From NCBI GenBank assembly GCA_022842995.1, contig JALHOM010000001.1, positions 77,985-141,984 on the forward strand: a DNA stretch of 64,000 nucleotides. The letters are read 5' to 3'. Source of the stretch: Candidatus Saccharimonadota bacterium. Its GTDB lineage: Bacteria > Patescibacteriota > Saccharimonadia > Saccharimonadales > 2-12-FULL-41-12. Shown here one piece after another: positions 19,182-27,595 of this stretch. The position numbers and the translations under genes are program-made. The notes beneath the pieces were generated by a model. The model saw only the letters and a list, made by a program, of their open reading frames with translations, did not search any database and was not told where the DNA came from. Each line of letters starts with the position of its first letter. Within the stretch, counting starts at the first letter, position 1.

Positions 19182-20127
19182 CTTCTTGAACCTCCTCGGC
19201 AACATTTAAGCTCGGGAATGCCTGCTTTAATGCTTGCATACTCCGACCGGAGAAATTTCGCTGATTAAGAAAACCACCCCCTGCTACTGATACCCTATAT
19301 ATACCGTCTTCCTGAGGGTCAAGGATTAAATCTGATTGCTGCACATTAGGTGTTACAACTTCAAATACAACTGGCCTGTCGCCGTCATGCCCTGTAATAT
19401 TTATTCCCGACTGTCGTTGAGAATATGAACCATAGTCGGCCAACATTCCAAAACGGTTTAGCGCACCACAAAGCTTTATCTCAGCTAAAAGCTGACTTGT
19501 TTTACGCTCGACTACCGCACATCGTCTTCTGCGAGACATCCATCCAAGTGCCGTGTCAGCCGCAAGCCCACCCGAAAATCTAATTATTTCAATTTTATCT
19601 GGCAACTCGAGGCTATCTATTTCCTTAAACGGAGCGGCCAAAAAACTTGTAAGATAACTTCGGAGTAGCGTATCTGCCGAGTATGAATACCGTCTAGAAT
19701 CCTCAACCAACGACGGATCCCAGGCACTGAATTTTGGATAATGCCCTTTTCTAGATCCAACTGTTTCAGACTCTAGAGAGTTCCGCGTTAATTCGGTAAC
19801 TATCGCCCCCGACACCAAACCAGCTAAATGCATGACTATTTCAGGTTTTTCCCTTACTAGAATTGCAGCACCTTCGCTGTCAAATTGTTCAAATCCGTCC
19901 GGCTTGGCAATCATTTTATCTGGGGACTCTAAAATCTTAAGAATCTCGGGCTTGTCATCGTCTGCAATTACATTCACCAAAGAGGTAAATGCCGGCGATA
20001 TCATCGAACGTATCGTATCTAATGCCGAAGCTGGAGGGACATTACCTAAAGAAACTGCTCCATGAGCCGTATCAGGCCCACAAGTAACCACTAGTTCCGT
20101 TTTAAACGGTTCAATTATTCTTACCAC
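19096..20127 (-). CDS. Orphan hypothetical protein (3' end overlaps mutM start)
   Basis: 343-aa ORF with no recognised motif. Confidence 0.55.
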   Translation of the reverse strand: MVRIIEPFKTELVVTCGPDTAHGAVSLGNVPPASALDTIRSMISPAFTSLVNVIADDDKPEILKILESPDKMIAKPDGFEQFDSEGAAILVREKPEIVMHLAGLVSGAIVTELTRNSLESETVGSRKGHYPKFSAWDPSLVEDSRRYSYSADTLLRSYLTSFLAAPFKEIDSLELPDKIEIIRFSGGLAADTALGWMSRRRRCAVVERKTSQLLAEIKLCGALNRFGMLADYGSYSQRQSGINITGHDGDRPVVFEVVTPNVQQSDLILDPQEDGIYRVSVAGGGFLNQRNFSGRSMQALKQAFPSLNVAEEVQEDAGTTRSRNSRNRTPKTYRRSLVPRPAF

Positions 20128-20190
20128 TTGGATGAATTATACGTGGCGGAAGATGATTTTACGTGTTGTAATATTTTTCGCCTTGAAGGG

Positions 20191-20775
20191 CTAGAGACGG
20201 ACGCCAGAGACTGTTCGGTTGTAGTCTGGGATTTGGTCTCGAAACAGAGTGGCCACGAGGCCGCGGTTGCCACTAAAGTTGCCGTCAAGGTTGCCACAGC
20301 TAGATGACCATGAACGTTGCTTGTCGCCAGAGGTATAGCTCACGTCGTAGGCGTAGCGGACACCGGTTACGCAAGAAGCTTTTTCGTCGGTTTTGATCTC
20401 TGGGTTAATAGAAGTGAAACCGGCCGACTCAAGCGCAATAGTAAATGCTTGAAAAGCAGCAACGTTATTGCCAATGGACTTTGAAGAAATAACTTCCTCA
20501 TTATATCCACGGATAATTTCAATTTTGCGTTCGCTAGGAGTAACCGTAATCCGGATCGAACGACGATCTTCCTCGCCCACAACACTACCGATTTGCGTGT
20601 ACTGAACCTGAGCCCCGTCGGAGGAAAGATCGTTCTTTTTGACAGTTTGAGAGGCAGCTGTTTGGGCAACTTGTTCGTTACGATTCCCGCCTCGCAAAAT
20701 AGAGACGATCAACGCAATACCGCCAAAAAACACGACGGCAATAATCACCAAAACCAATATGTACCTCTTAGGCAT
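20191..20775 (-). CDS. Membrane-anchored hypothetical protein
   Basis: N-terminal TM helix, CVTG...WSSSC cysteine pair; TATAAT 7 nt before ATG. Confidence 0.75.
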   Translation of the reverse strand: MPKRYILVLVIIAVVFFGGIALIVSILRGGNRNEQVAQTAASQTVKKNDLSSDGAQVQYTQIGSVVGEEDRRSIRITVTPSERKIEIIRGYNEEVISSKSIGNNVAAFQAFTIALESAGFTSINPEIKTDEKASCVTGVRYAYDVSYTSGDKQRSWSSSCGNLDGNFSGNRGLVATLFRDQIPDYNRTVSGVRL

Positions 20776-20838
20776 AACCCATATTATACTACTAATCTAT
20801 TGTTTCCGCAAGTGTTTAAACTGTTATAATAGAATTCT

Positions 20839-21078
20839 ATGACCGATTCATTGTCAGATATCCTCGGAAAACGCCAATACTCAGAGCCTCCTGAGGTAGC
20901 CATTATTAAAGAATTCGTCAAAAGCGAAATCGGCGAAACGCCAAAAGTTTCAGTTTCGGGCGGCAACTTCTATGTTCTGATTTCTAGCTCAGCTGCAGCT
21001 GGCAATCTACGCTTTAAGCTGTTCCAGCTCCAGCGTTCACTCGGCCATGCCCACAAGATTATTATTCGCGTTCAATAA
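20839..21078 (+). CDS. Small DciA/DUF721-like protein
   Basis: 'VLISSSAAAGNLRF' KH-like pattern and C-terminal IIIRV; TATAAT 8 nt before ATG. Confidence 0.55.
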   Translation: MTDSLSDILGKRQYSEPPEVAIIKEFVKSEIGETPKVSVSGGNFYVLISSSAAAGNLRFKLFQLQRSLGHAHKIIIRVQ

Positions 21079-21634
21079 GCTGGTCTATAGCCGAAATCGC
21101 CTGATCAGTAGAGGTAAATAACACCGATTGCATACCTACTGCTTCGGCCCCATAACAGTTTCTATCGACGTCATCGACCATGATGCACTCTGGCGCCTGC
21201 ACACCCAATCTTTCAACAATCTGCAGATAAGGTTCTGGTTTTGGTTTAACCTCACCTACCTCATAACTAGGGAGGATGACGTTAAAAATCTTCTGCTCCT
21301 GCAGGTCTAAAAATTTTGCCGTAACCCAATCGTCATTGATATTACTCAGCAGTCCGATCTTTATGCCTTTAGCCTTGAGTCCCCGAGCATAGTCCAGAAG
21401 CTGGGTGTTTTTATCGCTCCTTGGCAAAATAGCACGAGCCACGACAGACTCCTCTATGCCGGCCACTTCTGCGCAAGTAGAGATAAGCTCGGTTTCCGAA
21501 ACGAGACCCTTATCGTAAGCAGCTGTCGTGTCGCGGAGAACCGTCCTAACATCTCCATCGTAACCAGCCATGAATTCACGCCAAATATCAACTGTCAGCA
21601 CGCCAAAACAATCAAAAATCACTGCTTTTATCAT
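21062..21634 (-). CDS. HAD-superfamily phosphatase
   Basis: IFDCFGVL, LLSN, KPKPEPY, MVDD. Confidence 0.9.
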   Translation of the reverse strand: MIKAVIFDCFGVLTVDIWREFMAGYDGDVRTVLRDTTAAYDKGLVSETELISTCAEVAGIEESVVARAILPRSDKNTQLLDYARGLKAKGIKIGLLSNINDDWVTAKFLDLQEQKIFNVILPSYEVGEVKPKPEPYLQIVERLGVQAPECIMVDDVDRNCYGAEAVGMQSVLFTSTDQAISAIDQLIERE

Positions 21635-21662
21635 CTATACATCATACCCTATCTGGATACCT

Positions 21663-21714
21663 TGCAGTCTGTACAAGGACTTTCTGTACAAGGACTGTCC
21701 TTGTACAGACTGCA
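21663..21714. repeat. REP-like inverted/direct repeat
   Basis: 18-bp perfect IR TGCAGTCTGTACAAGGAC / GTCCTTGTACAGACTGCA with an internal duplicated TCTGTACAAGGACT. Confidence 0.75.
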
Positions 21715-21735
21715 TTTCTACATTTCAAATTGTTG

Positions 21736-23004
21736 TTAAGGCCGATATGCGGCAGCAATTGTCTGACCCAAAATCTTCATCCCATTCTCGAGCTCATGGT
21801 CCGGGCGAGCAAAATTGAGTCGCACACACTCCCGTGCATGTGGCCACGCGGACGAATCTTGCCCGGCAAAAAAGTATTCGCCCGGCACGACGAGAACTCC
21901 CTTCTCTTTGAGGCGTGCGTAAAGTTCCTTCGAGCCAATAACCGACCCTTCTAGCCAAAGCCAGAAGAAGTAAGAACCTTGGTAGGTGTGCAAGCGCCAC
22001 GGCAAAGATTTGTCGAAATACATCTCGATATACTCCATCGCCACGCGACGGCGATCGGCATAAAACGGCTGAATATAGTCTTGTGACAACCGATCAATTT
22101 CTTTGGTTATGAGTAAATCAGTGACAAGATATTGCCCAAAATTCGGGCTGGATAGCGAAACTATAGCATTAAGCTTACTGAGTGAGCGAATAAGTTCTGG
22201 TGGTCCAACAAAAATCCCTGTTCGCGAGCCAGGCAGGCCAACTTTGGATAAGCTATAGGAAAATACCGTGTTGCCATCGAACTCCACGAAATCGTCGTCC
22301 ACTATGACACCTGGAAATGGCGCGCCGTAAGCATTATCTATGACCAAAGGAATGTCCCGCTCGCGAGCAATTTTTTGCAATCGCTTTACCTCTTCAGTCG
22401 AGACTACATTTCCACTTGGGTTAGTCGGTCTAGATACACAGATTGCTCCCGTATTTTCGTCTATGTCGAGCTGATCAAAATCTATGGAATACTTAAATTC
22501 ATGCTGATCAATTTTAGTAATTATTGGCCTGGTCGAAGTGATCATTTCGTGTTCGGCAAGTTGGTCGCTGTATCCGACATATTCAGGAACTAACGGGAAC
22601 AAAATTTTTCGCCTCGAGTTTCCACTACTACCTGCCAGCATATTAAACAGCATAAAAAAGCCCGTTTGACTGCCAGATGTAATCGCCACGTTTTCGGGCA
22701 GTAGTTTGGTCTCGAAATGACCCGAGAAGTATTCAACCACCGATTCGATAAAAGCACTATTGCCCTGAGGCGTATCATAGGTGCCAAGCATTGCGGCCAA
22801 AGACTCAGGGTCTTTAGAGATTTGATGAAGCCGCGATTTAAAGGCGTCCGTAACTTCCGGAATGATGGCTGGGTTTCCACCGCCAAACATAGCGATCGGT
22901 TCTACGACTCCATTCATCGCATTGCCAAGGTCATCCATAAGCTGCAAAATGCCCGATTCGGTCGTCATTTTTTGTCCAAAGTCTGATAGTTTGTAATGTT
23001 TCAT
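21736..23004 (-). CDS. avtA: Valine-pyruvate transaminase (PLP class I)
   Basis: SGILQLMDDLG, GGGNPA, PEYVGY, SRPTNPSGNV, DNAYGAPFP, SLSKVGLPGSRTG. Confidence 0.88.
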   Translation of the reverse strand: MKHYKLSDFGQKMTTESGILQLMDDLGNAMNGVVEPIAMFGGGNPAIIPEVTDAFKSRLHQISKDPESLAAMLGTYDTPQGNSAFIESVVEYFSGHFETKLLPENVAITSGSQTGFFMLFNMLAGSSGNSRRKILFPLVPEYVGYSDQLAEHEMITSTRPIITKIDQHEFKYSIDFDQLDIDENTGAICVSRPTNPSGNVVSTEEVKRLQKIARERDIPLVIDNAYGAPFPGVIVDDDFVEFDGNTVFSYSLSKVGLPGSRTGIFVGPPELIRSLSKLNAIVSLSSPNFGQYLVTDLLITKEIDRLSQDYIQPFYADRRRVAMEYIEMYFDKSLPWRLHTYQGSYFFWLWLEGSVIGSKELYARLKEKGVLVVPGEYFFAGQDSSAWPHARECVRLNFARPDHELENGMKILGQTIAAAYRP

Positions 23005-23024
23005 AAATTAAGCTCTTTAAAATT

Positions 23025-23056
23025 AAAAAACGGGCTGATCTTTTGTCGATAGCCCG
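23025..23056 (-). terminator. Attenuator terminator upstream of avtA
   Basis: Minus strand CGGGCTATC-gacaaaa-GATcAGCCCG followed by TTTTTT, ~20 nt before the avtA ATG. Confidence 0.8.
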
Positions 23057-23082
23057 CTTGATTTGATACTGATATTTTTAGG

Positions 23083-23145
23083 CTACGACAAAGAATCTCC
23101 CGCGAGGAGCGCAAGCGCCAACTTGTTATTTCCAACGTAACTCAT
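23083..23145 (-). CDS. Putative avtA leader peptide MSYVGNNKLALALLAGDSLS (20 aa)
   Basis: Manual translation; codon run TTG GCG CTT GCG CTC CTC GCG; its 3' end is complementary to the terminator 5' arm; TTGCAT-17-TATAAA promoter upstream. Confidence 0.7.
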   Translation of the reverse strand: MSYVGNNKLALALLAGDSLS

Positions 23146-23204
23146 AGTTGTAGTTTATACCTGATCACACAAAGAAATGCAAAATCCGCTACAATAACCT
23201 AGCT

Positions 23205-24224
23205 ATGAGATTACCAGAGATTGAGCGTGATTCACTCCAGCAAGCATTTGACGAAAGAGCCGTTTTGCGCGTAAAAAATGGCGTCGTTGGTAGCAGAATC
23301 GGTAAATTCGCTATCGGCCCTCGCGACTTATCTAACAGAGATCTGAGCACTGATTACACCAGCCTGCAGGTCAACCAAATTCCGGCCGTGGAGGGTCTGA
23401 AAACACCTCTTTCTGATATCGGCGACCATATTGTAAACTTTCCAAATCTAGCACGCGCTCTTAGCGCCAAGCTTTACGAATTTCAAGCATTTAAGTATCC
23501 TCACCTCACTTTAGTGGTCGGACACCAATCTCTCGTAGATGCCGTTCTAGCAGCCTACCTTCTCGCAAAAACGGATTATTTCGAAGAGTACGTTAAGTCT
23601 CCGAGCAATGTACACATAATGCTTGGTAGGATGCTCGCATACTGCGGCTATGGACCATCAAGAACTAGTCTTGTAGAAAGTCTTGTTCGACCAGCTGCTA
23701 ATTCTTATCTTGTAATACCAGAGTCGGCCTCTACTGTAGACCTATTTAAAGACCCGAGATTCACTAAGGGAATTATGTTTTCGAACGGCAGGGCTCGGAG
23801 TGCACATAAAAAGGCTACCTCCAAAGGGCCAAATCAACACGTCACGATTATCGCCCTACCCGGCTCCGAAATGAAAAAGAACGAAGATGACCAAAAAGTA
23901 ATGGGGCCTGTGTCGCCAAGGACAATCGAATTTATAGAAGAACTAAACCGATCCGGGCTCGTGCTCCCCATGGGCATAGACATTAATGAAACCCATGTCT
24001 TGTTATCCAAGATTCCTGGCTTCCCTAAGCCAGTTGGTAGACTTGCCTTAGAGCGACCTTTTATTCCGGAGGGAAGAAGTAAGGGCATAGACCGATATGC
24101 AGAACTACTGATCTACCGGACGCTACAGACCGCGCGAATCGTCGAAGACAAATACATTATCGCCGGATATACGCCCGAATACACCAGCCCCGTCATGCCT
24201 TACGACACCCAACCAGTCTCATGA
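23205..24224 (+). CDS. Lysophospholipid/glycerol-phosphate acyltransferase-like (LPLAT) protein
   Basis: VVGHQSLVD (HX4D) and IALPGSE (PEG-like block). Confidence 0.5.
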   Translation: MRLPEIERDSLQQAFDERAVLRVKNGVVGSRIGKFAIGPRDLSNRDLSTDYTSLQVNQIPAVEGLKTPLSDIGDHIVNFPNLARALSAKLYEFQAFKYPHLTLVVGHQSLVDAVLAAYLLAKTDYFEEYVKSPSNVHIMLGRMLAYCGYGPSRTSLVESLVRPAANSYLVIPESASTVDLFKDPRFTKGIMFSNGRARSAHKKATSKGPNQHVTIIALPGSEMKKNEDDQKVMGPVSPRTIEFIEELNRSGLVLPMGIDINETHVLLSKIPGFPKPVGRLALERPFIPEGRSKGIDRYAELLIYRTLQTARIVEDKYIIAGYTPEYTSPVMPYDTQPVS

Positions 24225-24270
24225 CGGCAATAAAGATGCAGGAGACCTTCGATATTGTGCGTACCACAGC

Positions 24271-25209
24271 TCATCTATCGGGATTGACGCCCATATGCGC
24301 CTCGGTGCGAGAAATATTTGGGTCAATACCAAACGGGTCTGAAAATACGATAATCGCAAGCCTTGGTGGCACATACGTTCCTGGCTCTACTTGTAGCCTC
24401 CTCACTTCGTGTGGTGTGCCTGTTATCCAGTGTTTGTCGCCGTACAGTTTATTAAAACCTAATCCCGGAAATACATAAACCGCACCATCCTCACGTGGCG
24501 GAGCTTCAACTGCATTACCTTGTTTGTCATGCACGACCAAACCATCGGTAGACGCATATACCTGCATAGTCATCGATCCACGATCAATGTGTTGGCCGGC
24601 AACTTTTTTATGGTCAACCTCAGCTTCAGGGCCTTGTACGTATCCGTCGTACATCACAACCCTGAGCAGTGCCGTAGGTTGCACATTATGAGGGTGGTGC
24701 AGATCCATTATGCCAGGGTGTGTATCCTCAAGATGGGAGTAAACATTCTCACGAAATTCATTCAGACAATTTTCTAAAACTTCTCTGCCCGCCTCCAAGA
24801 AATCATCAATCGGTCGTACAATTCCTTTCCTGAGGTACCACTGGCCATATGCCACTGGCGTAATCTGAAAGATCGACTTGGCGTCAGAGACCTGCATACC
24901 AGTAACTGGGTCATGTTTTGCCTCTTTGCGCTCCAAACCATGAAACATCCCCGGCGGATCATCAGGAAAGTTGACACCAAGCTTTCCTAATCGCTTCAAT
25001 AAGTCAGGGTCCTTTAGCGTTCTATCGGTAATTTCGGCAAATTCTTTGACCTCGTCTACGAAAGCAGTGTCAACCCCATGTACATGAAAACCTCGCGTAG
25101 AAAGATTACTCTCAACTTCGGATATTTCGCCTTTTGACTGCGGCTGTCGGGATGGCAGTTCATACCATCCTCTCTCGAGAGCTTCAGCGGGCGACAAGAG
25201 TTGCGACAT
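24271..25209 (-). CDS. 2OG-Fe(II) dioxygenase, isopenicillin N synthase-like
   Basis: LRVVMY...AGQHIDRGSMT (HxD)...GTPHEV...RLAIIVF. Confidence 0.8.
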   Translation of the reverse strand: MSQLLSPAEALERGWYELPSRQPQSKGEISEVESNLSTRGFHVHGVDTAFVDEVKEFAEITDRTLKDPDLLKRLGKLGVNFPDDPPGMFHGLERKEAKHDPVTGMQVSDAKSIFQITPVAYGQWYLRKGIVRPIDDFLEAGREVLENCLNEFRENVYSHLEDTHPGIMDLHHPHNVQPTALLRVVMYDGYVQGPEAEVDHKKVAGQHIDRGSMTMQVYASTDGLVVHDKQGNAVEAPPREDGAVYVFPGLGFNKLYGDKHWITGTPHEVRRLQVEPGTYVPPRLAIIVFSDPFGIDPNISRTEAHMGVNPDR

Positions 25210-25283
25210 ATAATCTCCTATTCATTCAATACTCTCATACTACCTCGCTGGCGTTTGCTTTCAAGAAATTTATGGTGTAATAT

Positions 25284-25717
25284 TTACCGTTTTACTTCCG
25301 CGAAGTAGCTTTCTAAAACATCTGAATCGATAAATTCACCTTCCAAAGACTGCGCTTCTCTTTCGCTCACCCAAGCATAATCATCGTGCTCATCACCGAG
25401 TCGAACCTCAAGACTGGTCGGCTTACAGAGATAGAAAATAGCAATAATCTGCGATTTTACTCCATTAATTGTCGGTGACCATTCCTTGGTGAACACTGGA
25501 CGCAGTGGCTCCACCTCAAGTCCAACCTCTTCTTTTATCTCTCTTTTCAGTCCATCTATATGATTCTCTCCGGGATTAATCCTGCCACCTGGGAGCATAT
25601 ACTTACCAAGCTTTGTGGCGTCGGTATACGTCGTCGCCTCACGCACATGAGAACTTTCCCGCTTTCGTCAACGAGAACCCCCTTCATAGCAAGAAACTGC
25701 ACAGTACGAGATGCCAT
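25284..25717 (-). pseudogene. NUDIX hydrolase with 1-nt frameshift near 25646
   Basis: MASRTVQFLAMKGVLVDESGKVLM from ATG 25717 continues as VREA...LPGGRINPGE...REIKEEVGL only after a frame change (ATG and GTG share G25646). Confidence 0.7.
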
Positions 25718-25718
25718 A

Positions 25719-26138
25719 CTACACAATCCTTTTCAATGAGTCTTCGTGCCACATGGCAAAATCGATCTGCCTGAAACCATTTCTTTCATAAAAACCCTTT
25801 AGCCACGGTGTATCAGAGTTATATGTCAGCCCCAGATAGGTTATGCCTTTTTGCTTGCAATATTGAACTCTTTTATCGAAGATCTCTCCGCCTATGCCCC
25901 GTTTGCGGTAGTCTGGATGCACCACCAAATCAACCATCTGCGCATGACGGATATTCCCCACGACGAACCCAATTCCGACCAATACTCCTCTGTCTCTGGC
26001 CGTGACAACGCATAAGGCACCGGATATTGCCTCATCCCAAACGGCCTCTTCTGCGTTTCCGTAAGATGCAGCTTCGCGAAGAGCGACTACTTCACTGCCC
26101 TTTACTGATTTATCAAAATCAATGTCGATTCCATCCAT
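25719..26138 (-). CDS. GNAT N-acetyltransferase
   Basis: VVHPDYRKRGIG, FYERNGF; ATG 26138 has an AAGGAG SD. Confidence 0.88.
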   Translation of the reverse strand: MDGIDIDFDKSVKGSEVVALREAASYGNAEEAVWDEAISGALCVVTARDRGVLVGIGFVVGNIRHAQMVDLVVHPDYRKRGIGGEIFDKRVQYCKQKGITYLGLTYNSDTPWLKGFYERNGFRQIDFAMWHEDSLKRIV

Positions 26139-26248
26139 CGTTGCCTCTCCTTTTACCAGTAATTGTACGACACAATCACCACTTAGAGCTCGTTTAGTGA
26201 ATGAGTCTTCACTATTTTTGTTCAGTAACGTACGATACACTGCAGTTT

Positions 26249-26944
26249 ATGAACAGCGAGTCGGTAAATAAAATTCAAGTACAGATACTCCGCCAACTTT
26301 CCAAAGGTGGCGGTAGGCGCTTTTCAGAAATTAACACCGGCGACGTTCCGACCGATCATTTTTCGTATCATCTCAAGCAACTCATCAAATATGGCTTTGT
26401 AGAAAAGTCGGCCGATAATCTCTATTCGCTGTCTGCGTACGGCAAAACACGGTCGATAATGCTCTATCCAAATAGCAACGGATTTATCGAACAAGGTTTT
26501 ATGGCTGTACGAATTGTTGTAACCAAAAAAGTCGGGAAAACGCTTAAATACTTAATCCAGGAGAGAATCGTCGAACCCTATAAAGGGGTCTACGGGACGC
26601 CGGGAGAAAAGATTTTATACGGAGAAAAGCTGAGCGAAGCCGCCGATCGCGCCCTCAAAGTCCAAACAGGACTAACCTGCCCGCTTGAACTAAAAGGCAT
26701 GATTCACATGTTTGACGAATTATCCGGCGAAATTATGCAAGATAAATATTTCTTTATTTTTAGCGGTTCAGAACCGAACGGCGAACTAATCGCATCAGGC
26801 AGAAGTGGCAAGAATATCTGGATTTCCAAAGACGAACTTATCAAATCCCCCAAACTAATTTCAGGTGGCAAAGAAATACTCGAAATCGCCGCATCAAGTC
26901 ACTACCGGGTGGAAGAAATAACCGCCAGTGTTTCTAGATATTAG
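26249..26944 (+). CDS. Winged-helix + NUDIX-like domain protein
   Basis: RFSEI...FSYHLKQLIKYGFVEK wHTH; PGEKILYGE..EAADRAL NUDIX-like box; TACACT 7 nt before ATG 26249. Confidence 0.8.
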   Translation: MNSESVNKIQVQILRQLSKGGGRRFSEINTGDVPTDHFSYHLKQLIKYGFVEKSADNLYSLSAYGKTRSIMLYPNSNGFIEQGFMAVRIVVTKKVGKTLKYLIQERIVEPYKGVYGTPGEKILYGEKLSEAADRALKVQTGLTCPLELKGMIHMFDELSGEIMQDKYFFIFSGSEPNGELIASGRSGKNIWISKDELIKSPKLISGGKEILEIAASSHYRVEEITASVSRY

Positions 26945-27582
26945 AGTTTTTGCGAGACAACATTTAACCAACGCTTGCCGGCGTTCTTTTCACTGTCGTC
27001 ATTTTCAAAAACATCCACTTTTTCAAGTTTGGTGAATATCAAATTGCAAAATGAATCCGTAGTATATTGTCGACGGAATCGCTTAACTTTGGTTGTGAAA
27101 TTTGATTTTTCAATAAATCCTTCGGCATCTTGCTCGTGCAATGTCGTCGACAACACACAAACCCCATTTTTATTCAATAGACCGTGAATCTTATCAATAA
27201 CTCGCTTAGCGTCTTGTTCGGTAAATAAATGGACGAAAGCAATTCCCACAATAACATCAAAGGTTTTCCCGGCAAAGTCATGGGCCAAAAAGTCATCAAC
27301 GATTATATTTACTTTGGGAGCGTGCTTTTTTGCAACTTCAGCCATCTTCGGAGAAATCTCTACAGCGCTTACTTCGTAACCGTAATTTGAAAATAAGTTA
27401 GCGATATAGCCCGAACCAGTGCCTAATTCTAAAAGTGCCGGATGACTGGTGACCGGGAAATATTTCAGCATATCGGCAACCATTTTTTCGTCAGACTCTT
27501 GCCTGATTGCTACCTTTTTATCAAACTCGTCAGCAGTATCATCATAAGCTTGTTTATTGATTTGTATATAGTCATTTTGCAT
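26941..27582 (-). CDS. Class I SAM-dependent methyltransferase
   Basis: LLELGTGSG motif I, VEIS, FDVI. Confidence 0.88.
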   Translation of the reverse strand: MQNDYIQINKQAYDDTADEFDKKVAIRQESDEKMVADMLKYFPVTSHPALLELGTGSGYIANLFSNYGYEVSAVEISPKMAEVAKKHAPKVNIIVDDFLAHDFAGKTFDVIVGIAFVHLFTEQDAKRVIDKIHGLLNKNGVCVLSTTLHEQDAEGFIEKSNFTTKVKRFRRQYTTDSFCNLIFTKLEKVDVFENDDSEKNAGKRWLNVVSQKL

Positions 27583-27595
27583 CTATTAACCCCCG

